Shown: one piece after another, positions 38,220-46,849 of the stretch | Layout of the letters: every line of letters starts with the position of its first letter | How positions within the stretch are numbered: the stretch's first letter is position 1 | NCBI GenBank assembly: GCA_903901045.1 | Contig: CAIUPP010000109.1 | Span: 6,407-70,406 of the forward strand | Length of the DNA: 64,000 nt | DNA from: an uncultured Planctomycetota bacterium | GTDB taxonomy: Bacteria; Planctomycetota; Brocadiia; CAIUPP01 | Reading direction: 5' to 3' | The notes under the pieces: generated by a model | Database searches by the model: none | Told to the model about the DNA's origin: nothing | Seen by the model: only the letters and a program-made list of their open reading frames with translations | Program-made: the position numbers and the translations under genes

Positions 38220-39642
38220 CCCCACCGGCTTCATCAAGCACGCGCGCGAAGAGGCGCCCAAGCGCCCGGTTTCCGAGCGCGTCAAGGACTTCGCCGAGGT
38301 CGAGCAGCCGCTCTCCGAGGAGCGCCTGGAGACCCAGGCGGCGCGCTGCATGGACTGCGGCATTCCGTATTGCCACATGGTCGGCTGCCCCGTGCGCAAC
38401 CTCGTCCCGGATTTCAACGACATGATCTACCGCCACCAATGGCGGCGCGCGCTGGAACTGCTGCACTCGCGGAACAACCTGCCGGAGATCACCGGCCGCA
38501 TCTGCCCCGCGCTCTGCGAGGCCTCCTGCACCCTCTCCATCAACCAGAAAGCAGTCACCATCCGCCAGATCGAACTTCAGATCGTCGAACGCGGCTGGAA
38601 GGAAGGCTGGATTCAGCCGGAGCCGGCCGCCGTCAAGAGCGGCAAACGCGTGGCCGTCATCGGCTCCGGCCCCGCGGGGCTCGTGGCCGCGCAGCAGATC
38701 GCGCGCGCCGGGCACGACGTCGTCGTCTTCGAGCGCGACGAACATCCCGGCGGCATCCTGCGTTACGGCATCCCGGACTTCAAGCTGGAAAAGCGGTTCA
38801 TCGACCGTCGGCTCGACCAGATGCGGGGCGAGGGCGTCGTGTTCGAGACGGGGGTCGAGGCGGGGGTGGACATCAGCGCGCGCTACCTGTTGCGCAGCTT
38901 CGACGCCGTCCTGATCGCCATCGGCGCGCGCGCGCCGCGCGACCTGAAGATTCCCGGCCGCGATCTCAAGGGAGTCCACCAGGCGATGGAGTTCCTCACC
39001 CAGCAGAACCGCATCAACGAAGGGGTGGCCGTCCCCGAGGATCGGCGCATCAGCGCTGCCGGAAAGAACATCGTGGTCGTCGGCGGCGGGGACACCGGCG
39101 CGGATTGCATCGGCGTCTGCCGACGGCAGGGTGCGGCGGAGATTCAGCAGATCGAACTGCTCCCGCAGCCTCCCGCCGGGCGCGAGGCGGACAACCCCTG
39201 GCCCACCTGGCCGCGCATTCTGCGCACCTCCTCCTCGCACGAGGAAGGCTGCGCGCGGCTCTGGAGCATCGGCGCGAAGGAGTTCGTGGGCGACGCGCAG
39301 GGGCGGCTCAAGAAACTGCGCTGCGTGCGGCTCGACTGGAGCGCGCCCGACGCCTCGGGTCGCGCCACGTTCAAGGAAATCCCCGGCTCCGAATTCGAGA
39401 TCAAGGCCGAACTGGCGCTCCTGGCGATGGGGTTCGTTCACCCCGAGCATGGCCCGCTGGTGCAGGACCTGGCCCTCGCCCTGGACGAGCGCGGCAACAT
39501 CAAAGTCACCCCGCGCCTCGCCACCTCCACCGAAGGCGTCTTCGCCTGCGGCGACGCCGTCATGGGCGCCTCCCTCGTCGTGCGCGCCATCGACATGGGG
39601 CGCACCGCGGCGGAAGCGGTCAACGCCCACCTGGCGCGATAA
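38212..39642 (+). CDS. gltD: Glutamate synthase small subunit
   Basis: QAARCMDCGIPYCH, GRICPALCE, GSGPAG and GGGDTGADC. Overlaps the gltB 3' end. Confidence 0.96.
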   Translation: MGSPTGFIKHAREEAPKRPVSERVKDFAEVEQPLSEERLETQAARCMDCGIPYCHMVGCPVRNLVPDFNDMIYRHQWRRALELLHSRNNLPEITGRICPALCEASCTLSINQKAVTIRQIELQIVERGWKEGWIQPEPAAVKSGKRVAVIGSGPAGLVAAQQIARAGHDVVVFERDEHPGGILRYGIPDFKLEKRFIDRRLDQMRGEGVVFETGVEAGVDISARYLLRSFDAVLIAIGARAPRDLKIPGRDLKGVHQAMEFLTQQNRINEGVAVPEDRRISAAGKNIVVVGGGDTGADCIGVCRRQGAAEIQQIELLPQPPAGREADNPWPTWPRILRTSSSHEEGCARLWSIGAKEFVGDAQGRLKKLRCVRLDWSAPDASGRATFKEIPGSEFEIKAELALLAMGFVHPEHGPLVQDLALALDERGNIKVTPRLATSTEGVFACGDAVMGASLVVRAIDMGRTAAEAVNAHLAR

Positions 39643-39847
39643 CCTTTCCCCTCCCCTCCGACCACCGGCATGGATATCCGACTGTGCCCGGGATATCCCG
39701 GGCCAAACCACCTTCGGATATTGACAGAGCAATGGGGGGATGGTAGAAGACGCGCATAGTAAAGATGGCGCGAGGGGAGCTTTCGGAATTAGATCGTGTT
39801 CCCAGGTATCCCTAGATACCAGATATCTATTCCCATTGGAGGCCCAG

Positions 39848-41557
39848 ATGAGTAAGCTCCGGCACAAACCGCAGATTACGGCAAACCAGATTGGCATCGG
39901 CTCCATATTGAAAAACTTCTGGTTGAAAGTACCACCGCACCAGCGAGAGTATAGATGGACTGACTCGCACGTGCTGACATTGTTCGAGGACTTGCATCAC
40001 GCCTTAACCTCCGACGACCAAGAGTATTTTCTTGGAACAATCGTTACGATCCCGGACGCAGACGGCGCGCTTGAAGTTATAGACGGACAACAGCGCCTCG
40101 CGACTGTCGCAATTCTGCTGTCTCGAATTCGCTGGTATTTTCAACAGACAGATGCGAAGCTTGCGCCTACGGTAATCCCCTTCTTGTATGAGTATAATCG
40201 CCAACAGAAGGAGGACGTTGTTAAGCTAAGACTAAACCTCATAGACAATCACTTTTTTGCAAGTATGTTGATCGCCAATTCGCTGCCGACCGCCCTTCCT
40301 AGAACTGCGCCGGTTTCCAATAAACGCCTGCAAAGCGCTTTCGTCGCCGCCGAAGACTATGTCAATAAGATCGTAGCTCCATGCCCCGTGAACGCTCGCA
40401 GCGATGCCCTCGACAAGTGGATAGACTTCATCGAAAATGGTGCGGAAGTAATTCTTCTTCGCGCCCCGACCGAGGCGAACGCTTACAAGATGTTCGAGAC
40501 TCTCAATGCTAGAGGACTGGGAACTACACAGGCAGACCTTGTTAAGAACTACCTTTTCGGCCAAGCCGGGAACCGTTGCCCTGAAGCACAAGCGGCATGG
40601 AGCTCCATGACGGGCGGACTAGCCTTGCTTCAAGGCGACGATGACGAGAAAGATGACGTTACTGTGGTCTTTCTGCGATGCGCATTAATGGCAATCCACG
40701 GTTTAGTGCGCAAAGACGAAGTCTACAAAGTGGTTCAGTCAATTGCCAAAGGCCCCCAGAGCGTTATTACACTCTCAAAGAATCTGGAAGAACTGGCGGC
40801 CATATATGTGGCTACGTTTTACCAAGATCACGAGAAGTGGGCCAAGTCCCCCGACGTTACACGGCACGCAATACAGACAATAAACGATTTTGATATCAAG
40901 CCATTCCGTCCGGTCTTGTTGTCTGTGGCTGGGAAATTTGCTCCTGCCGAATCCACAAAAGCATTTCAAATGTTCGTTGCGCTTGGCGTTCGTTTACTGA
41001 TCGCAGCGAGCACCCGTACCGGGATGATCGAAGAAACACTTGGGAAGGCTGCCAATAAGATATTCAAAGGTGAGATTACGACGGCAAGAGGGCTTGCAGG
41101 AGAAATTGCCAGTATTATCCCCTCTGATACGCAATTCAGGCAAGCGTTTGAGCGGTATACGGCATCAAAGGCGCAATTCGCAAGATATTACCTTCGGGCA
41201 ATGGAATTTGCTGCACAACCACGTGCGAATCCGTGGTACGTTGAAAATGCAGACAAAGAGAAAATGACCCTTGAACATGTGCTGCCCAAAGAACCCGGCA
41301 ACAACTGGCCCAAGTTCACGCCCCAAGAAGCCGATCTCTACTGTAATTGGCTTGGCAACATGTGTCTATTGCCCAAGGAGGCAAATAACGACCTCAGGAG
41401 CGCAGACCAAAAGAAGAAATGGGCGGTCTACAAGGAAGCTCCTTACGCTTTAACCCGAGAGATCGCATCCGTTTCCGATTGGACGCCCCAGACGCTTGAG
41501 GAACGACAAAAGGCGCTGGCAAAATTGGCGGTGAAGACGTGGCCTTCACGACCGTAA
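39848..41557 (+). CDS. DUF262-DUF1524 protein (GmrSD-like modification-dependent restriction family)
   Basis: VPPHQREYRW, IDGQQRL, FETLNARG..DLVKN and C-terminal HNH-like TLEHVLP...LGNMCLL...N. Lower GC than the flanks. Confidence 0.88.
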   Translation: MSKLRHKPQITANQIGIGSILKNFWLKVPPHQREYRWTDSHVLTLFEDLHHALTSDDQEYFLGTIVTIPDADGALEVIDGQQRLATVAILLSRIRWYFQQTDAKLAPTVIPFLYEYNRQQKEDVVKLRLNLIDNHFFASMLIANSLPTALPRTAPVSNKRLQSAFVAAEDYVNKIVAPCPVNARSDALDKWIDFIENGAEVILLRAPTEANAYKMFETLNARGLGTTQADLVKNYLFGQAGNRCPEAQAAWSSMTGGLALLQGDDDEKDDVTVVFLRCALMAIHGLVRKDEVYKVVQSIAKGPQSVITLSKNLEELAAIYVATFYQDHEKWAKSPDVTRHAIQTINDFDIKPFRPVLLSVAGKFAPAESTKAFQMFVALGVRLLIAASTRTGMIEETLGKAANKIFKGEITTARGLAGEIASIIPSDTQFRQAFERYTASKAQFARYYLRAMEFAAQPRANPWYVENADKEKMTLEHVLPKEPGNNWPKFTPQEADLYCNWLGNMCLLPKEANNDLRSADQKKKWAVYKEAPYALTREIASVSDWTPQTLEERQKALAKLAVKTWPSRP

Positions 41558-41579
41558 CCGTGAAAATAATAGGGACAGC

Positions 41580-41733
41580 GGGGCTGTTGAAAAAGTCATG
41601 ATCGGCTATCCCTCATTGCGGTGCGCAGTCGGAAGTCTATGTGGCACGAGCACCCTCGCCTGTGTCCTCCCAGCCGAGGGCTCAGGTGGCAGAGTACTGC
41701 CACCGCGCGGGGTCACACTTTTTCAACAGCCCC
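41580..41733. mobile_element. MITE-like element with 17-bp terminal inverted repeats
   Basis: GGGGCTGTTGAAAAAGT / ACTTTTTCAACAGCCCC, with no convincing internal gene. Confidence 0.55.
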
Positions 41734-41807
41734 ACAGTCATCTATTTCCCATTTCCGCAGAGTGCAGGAGTGGCGCGCAAGCGCGGCCGGGAGTTCAGAA
41801 TGAAACG

Positions 41808-42170
41808 AGGGCGCAGCATGCTGCGCCCCTACAAGGCAAGCGGCTGAGGGGCAGAATAAAATACTGAGGGTTTGGGGCAGGAGTGACGAGGGGAATCAGG
41901 AATTCATGTCGCACGAATCGTGATATAGGTGGAGGGACGGTTTTTCGAGTGCAGAATGTAGAGTGCAGAGTACTGAGTGTAGAGTGACGTAGGGCGCAGC
42001 GTGCTGCGCCCCTACAAGGCAAACGGCTGAGGGGCAGAATAAAATATTGAGGGTTCGAGGCAGGAGTGACAAGGGGTTTCGCGATTTCATGGTATACGAA
42101 CCCTGATATAGGTGGAGGGACAGTTTTTCGAGTGTAGAGTGTAGAGTGCAGAGTACTGAGTGTAGAGTGA
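41808..42170. repeat. Tandem duplication of a ~183-bp composite unit (REP + unique part + heptamer array)
   Basis: Copies start at 41808 and 41991. They share GGCTGAGGGGCAGAATAAAATA, TGATATAGGTGGAGGGAC and GTAGAGTGCAGAGTACTGAGTGTAGAGTGA. Confidence 0.9.
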
Positions 42171-42970
42171 ACGGCGAACAACGAGGAGACGCGGAGTGCA
42201 CAAATGGGGAAGAATGCGGACGGCGAGAACTGAGACGAAGGAGCGGGCCGGTTTGTCGCCCATTTCCTGACATAGGTGAGGGAGCATGTGAGTGCGGAGT
42301 GAACGGCGAGAACTGAGAACTGAAGACTGAAAACTGAGAGATAGGGTGCATCGCACCGGAGATAACGCTCCCAGGCCGCTGCAGCGGCTGGGGGGGCGAT
42401 TACATATGACGCAAGCGCGCCGGGCGGTGCGCACTGCGTACCTGGGATGGCGCGATATGAAGAGCGTGCTGAGGACAGCCCGCTCCACCAAGGTTTATTG
42501 GAGGGGATGGCGAACGGCAGTTGCCTGTTTCTTGTCGTGCCCGGCGTACCGTCGCACTGGCGCACCCGTCTCACCCGCGCACCCGTCGCACCCCCGCCAC
42601 AGGATCGGCGGGCAAGTGTCGCACCCGAATGTCGTGTCCCACGGGACACGGAACAGGCAATTGCCGGCGTATGTGCCGGAAGCGCAGGGGGACAGTCCGT
42701 CCGTCATGCACGGGGGAGGCTGGCCCCGTTGTCCTGCGCGCGGCGTGGGGCGTTGCAGGTGAAGTTGACTTTCCTCCACCGGCAGGGCACAGTATAACTC
42801 TTGGAGTGAGCAGGGGGTTTGGCTGCTTTTCGGACGCTGGAAAAGTCGCCCGACCCCTTTCCCTTGAACGACGCAACTTCTACCGGCGCCCCGGCAGGAC
42901 CGCAGACAGTGAACAGTGACGACGCAAGCCTGAGAGCACTCCCCCGCGCTAGCCGAAAGGGGGGCTGCGC

Positions 42971-43822
42971 ATGATCTGGGTGCTCCTGTGCGTCCTGGCG
43001 GGCACGGCGTTCGGTCACATCATGCGCAGCGCGCAACTGCGGCAGTGCGCCATGTCGTGGGTGGGCGCGTGGAACTACCTGGTCGCCGCCGGATCGTGCT
43101 GGCTCTGGTGGGCGCTGCAAAGCGGCCGCCACCTGGGTTGGGAGGCCGCGATCCTGGGCAGCCTCTCGGGCTTCGCGCTGGTCACCGCGTACTTCCTTAT
43201 GAACCCCGCCATCCGCGCGGCGGGCGTGGGCGTCACGCAATCCATTCAGTGGTTAGGGATCAGTCTTCCGATAGCCGCCTCCATTCTCATCTGGCGGGAA
43301 ATACCCACGGCGGTGCAGGCGCTGGGCTTGCTGCTTGCGCTGATCGCCCTCCCGCTGCTCGCTTGCGGCCACGGCGCGCCGGGCGCATCTAAGCACCGCT
43401 GGAAGCTGCTCATTCTGGCGGGGCTGTTCCTGCTGGAAGGACTGGTCAGTCTGGCCATGAAGTTCTACAGCCGGCAAGCCGCGCCCGGCTCCGAATCCAC
43501 GCTGGCCTTCCTCTGTTTTCTCTTCAGCGGCGCGGCCGCGGGAAACGTTCTCATAGCGGCGCGTCAGGCGCGGGCGGGTCTTCGCGATATCACGCATGGT
43601 GTGAGCATGGGCATCTCGAACGTCCTATGCAATTTTGCGTTTCTGCAGGCATTGGCTTTGCTCCCCGGCACCATCGTCTTTCCCACCATCTCCGCCGGAA
43701 GCATCGTCATGACAGCCACCGTCGGCGCGCTCTTGTGGCGGGAGCGGTACTACGGGCGCTCGCTCGCGGGCCTCATCCTGGCCGCCATAGCGCTGATCCT
43801 CATCAACCTGCCGCCGCTGTGA
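42971..43822 (+). CDS. DMT/EamA-family membrane transporter
   Basis: About 10 hydrophobic helices in two repeats, ending in ILIWRE and LLWRE. Confidence 0.8.
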   Translation: MIWVLLCVLAGTAFGHIMRSAQLRQCAMSWVGAWNYLVAAGSCWLWWALQSGRHLGWEAAILGSLSGFALVTAYFLMNPAIRAAGVGVTQSIQWLGISLPIAASILIWREIPTAVQALGLLLALIALPLLACGHGAPGASKHRWKLLILAGLFLLEGLVSLAMKFYSRQAAPGSESTLAFLCFLFSGAAAGNVLIAARQARAGLRDITHGVSMGISNVLCNFAFLQALALLPGTIVFPTISAGSIVMTATVGALLWRERYYGRSLAGLILAAIALILINLPPL

Positions 43823-43930
43823 CGTTGAAGGGGCGCGCTCCGGGAGAGGCAGAGGCTCCCTGGCGCCATGCCCTGTAATGCTCTGGCCGCGCCTGCGCTT
43901 GAGCGCGATCCGAGACGATCTGCGGGCGGT

Positions 43931-43959
43931 TTGGCGTTGGGGCCGATGTAGGGTATAAT
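43931..43959 (+). promoter_or_regulatory. Sigma70 promoter of tmRNA
   Basis: TTGGCG-17 bp-TATAAT. Confidence 0.7.
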
Positions 43960-43984
43960 GAATGCAGTCACCACTCGAAATGCC

Positions 43985-44349
43985 GGGGGCGATAGGATTC
44001 GACCGGGCAGATTGAGGTGGAAGTGGCGTGCCGAGGTTGTCAGGCGGCCTCGTTAAACACCTGGCAAAAACAACATAAGTGCCGACACACACTACTCTCT
44101 CGCAGCTTAATTGACTGCGACGCTCGTCTGGTTCAGCCTGCGGGACCGGAACGGGCGACCACAGCAGGCTGGTCTCGACCCTCGTTGCCTGGCGGGGAAG
44201 AGGCGAGAGTGTCAGTTGGGCTCGGGTCCAAAAGGAGTCCTGTCCACCGGAAGCCTGAGGATCTAGAAAAAATAAAAGATGGACTATGCACGTAGAGGCT
44301 TCCACTGAAATGCTTCGGGACGGGGGTTCGATTCCCCCCGCCTCCACCA
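43985..44349 (+). ncRNA. ssrA: Transfer-messenger RNA; tag ADTHYSLAA (44081-44110)
   Basis: 5' GGGGGCG..GGATTCGAC, 3' GGGTTCGATTCCCCCCGCCTCCACCA, and a tag frame ending LAA-stop. Confidence 0.95.
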
Positions 44350-44358
44350 AACGCATGA

Positions 44359-44400
44359 AGACCGGTACGGGACTGAGAGAGTCCTATGCCGGTCTTTTTG
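44359..44400 (+). terminator. Intrinsic terminator after tmRNA
   Basis: AGACCGG-TACGGGACT..AGTCCTATG-CCGGTCT followed by TTTT. Confidence 0.7.
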
Positions 44401-44784
44401 TGCCATAAGTGGCCACGCTTCAGTGACTTTGTACGGATTAGAATTGTGAAAAGGCAAGTATGGGACGGGGGCTCTAGGGATGGTCGGACAGCGGAAGTAG
44501 GGGCCCGGAACATTACAGGAGCATTAAAAGTCAGGCAGCCGAGCGGCGTGTCTAGTAGCATTTCCGGTGACTGAGCGCCCACTTGAGCCCTTCTAGTGAT
44601 TCATGTCGGGTAGGAAGCACAGAGCTGCCGCCACTCTGGCGGCGGTACCTCTTTACTTCGCTCCTGCCTGGACTCCTCTGATCCAGCTATCCTCCCCAGT
44701 CTCCACCTCCCAATAGCCACCTCTTCATGCGCCTGTCCGCGCCAGGCGGCTCCTGCGCCGCATGGCGCGGACAACGGACGCCTT

Positions 44785-46701
44785 CTACTTGTCCGATTCT
44801 GTCAGCGCGATATCGTCCACGAGCAGGTCCGCCGTGTCCTTTTGTGCGTAGTTGGCCAAGATCAAAATTTGGACGTACTTGGTCCCGGGCCAAAAGTGGT
44901 CCATCGGGATGCCGCTCTTGACGACGCCCTTGATCGTGGCGCTGGCGCTGGCCCAATTTGTGTTGACGCCGTTTCCGGAGAGCACGTTATAGATGTGGAC
45001 AGCCCCGGCCATGTGCAGGCGGATTTTGGTCCCGGCAGCGTACTCCTGGCCGCACGCCTCCTTGAGTTGCACCTCCCAGTACTGGCCCTTGTTCTCCACC
45101 TTGAGAACGCCCATGTTGCTGAGGCGGCGATTGGGCAGGTCGACGTAGTTGCCCGAAGCATCCACGTCAAAGGCGATGTAAGCCCAAGGCGTCACCTGCC
45201 ATTTCCCGCCGTCGGCGATCTTCACAGTCGTGTCGCTGCGCTTCGTGTCCGCGAAGAGGGTCGTTTCCGTTCCGGCGATGGGATTAACGAACTGCGGCTC
45301 AATCCATTGCTTCTGGGCGTCAAACGGCGTATAGCCGAAGTAGACGGTGCTCGGTTCTTTGCCGGCGGACCGGAACCATCCCGTGAGCGTGTAGATCTTG
45401 TCCGGATTTATCGGGACCATTTCCACGCTCTGGACAATCGCATCGCCCTTGCGCTCGAAACAGAACTTTCCCGCGTGAACGCCTTCGGCGACTGCCTTGT
45501 CGAAACCTTTCCAGTTCTCCAGCGTGCCGTTTTCGGCGTCTCCGTTCTTGACCAGTCCCGCCGGCTTCTGATCGTCCGCCGGAACGCTCGTCGCATTTTT
45601 CTCTACGAGTTCCCCCAGACTGATCGGGCTGGTCGCATCCAGGTAGCTCCCCACGCCATAAACTGAGGCTACGCCGGAGGGGCGCTTCTTCTCAAACAGG
45701 ACATGATCCACGGTGCACTTATCCGTCGTCATCTTGATGACGCCTCTCGTGTAACCATAGCCCTCAAAACCGGTCAAGATTTCCCAAGTCAAGCGTTTGC
45801 CCACCGCGGTAGCGGGGACCTGGAAGGTCTGCACCAGCGTCAGATTGGGGTCCTTCCCCTCGCCGGTCAGCTTGATCGTTGCGCCCGCCTCGGCAGCCTT
45901 CACGTCGAAGGACACGGTGTACCATCCGGCGATGATGGGGCGGACGGTCTGGTCGCCCTGCCACAGGTTCTCGACGCGCACGCCGGCCCCTGCAACGGGT
46001 TGGGGCGCGGAGATGTTGTCGCCCAGCTTGAGTTCGTCGCGGATCGTCTGAGCGAGGATGGTCGCAATCAAGCGGTAACCGCTCTTTGTCGGGTGCAGCA
46101 GGATGAGGGGCTCCCAGTTGCGGATGGACCGGATGGGCTTTTCATACTCCACCCAAACGACTTTGCCGTCGGGAAAGAGAGGGCTGATCTGCGGGCGCAG
46201 GAGGGTGTTCACCACGCTGTTCGTCTGGTCGCGGAAAGGGTTGTCGGTCTGGCAGGGCAGAATGCTGCCGAGAAAGACCTTCTTCACGCTGGGCTTTGTC
46301 AGCAGCCCCCGCACGATCTGGATAATCCGGTCGGCGCGGGCCTGGGCCACCACCTGCTGCTCGGCGGGGGTCTTGCCGTCAGGGTCGTTGGTGCCGATCA
46401 GCAGGCTGTAGTACGGGCAGTCGGGAATCTCCGGCAAACGCTGGAGCACGGCCAAAGTGCCATTGCCCCCCTCGCCGGCGTGGCTGTAGCCCAGCAGGGC
46501 AGAATGGGTGCCGACGAAGGCCAGGGGTGGAATCTCCTCCAGAAGATAGGCCCGCCAGAAGTCGCCCGCGGGGGGAGCCCAGGTGATGCTGTCGCCGATC
46601 ATGCACAAGGGCACCTGCGGGGGGAACGTTGCGGTCTGAGCCTGAACCGGCGCGGCGGCGACGATAAGTGCAAGGAGCGACATGACGGCGAGCTTAAGCA
46701 T
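44785..46701 (-). CDS. Secreted SGNH/GDSL hydrolase with a C-terminal carbohydrate-binding-like domain
   Basis: Signal peptide, IGDSIT, IGTND and LHPTKSGY. The C-terminal region has KNGDAENG...YTLTGWFRS. Confidence 0.8.
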   Translation of the reverse strand: MLKLAVMSLLALIVAAAPVQAQTATFPPQVPLCMIGDSITWAPPAGDFWRAYLLEEIPPLAFVGTHSALLGYSHAGEGGNGTLAVLQRLPEIPDCPYYSLLIGTNDPDGKTPAEQQVVAQARADRIIQIVRGLLTKPSVKKVFLGSILPCQTDNPFRDQTNSVVNTLLRPQISPLFPDGKVVWVEYEKPIRSIRNWEPLILLHPTKSGYRLIATILAQTIRDELKLGDNISAPQPVAGAGVRVENLWQGDQTVRPIIAGWYTVSFDVKAAEAGATIKLTGEGKDPNLTLVQTFQVPATAVGKRLTWEILTGFEGYGYTRGVIKMTTDKCTVDHVLFEKKRPSGVASVYGVGSYLDATSPISLGELVEKNATSVPADDQKPAGLVKNGDAENGTLENWKGFDKAVAEGVHAGKFCFERKGDAIVQSVEMVPINPDKIYTLTGWFRSAGKEPSTVYFGYTPFDAQKQWIEPQFVNPIAGTETTLFADTKRSDTTVKIADGGKWQVTPWAYIAFDVDASGNYVDLPNRRLSNMGVLKVENKGQYWEVQLKEACGQEYAAGTKIRLHMAGAVHIYNVLSGNGVNTNWASASATIKGVVKSGIPMDHFWPGTKYVQILILANYAQKDTADLLVDDIALTESDK

Positions 46702-46849
46702 GGATTACCTCCTGTATTCGTTGATCACTCCCGAGGTCGCGAGCAGGTTCTGCTGCCATCGCTCCTTGGGAGTGTTCTCGGTGATTCCCACGATGCGCCG
46801 GTTGGCGCCGGCGGCGGCTTCGATCAACTCGCGCGCGGTCCGCTGCTCC

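Noticed and set aside
33606-38423. 1605-aa minus-strand ORF
   Set aside because: It is the antisense shadow of gltB. The same applies to long ORFs opposite top6B, serA, glnA, the activator and the isomerase.
41795-42919. Several 90-284 aa ORFs
   Set aside because: They translate repeats (HSTLSTLHS, GAARCA) and show no family motifs.
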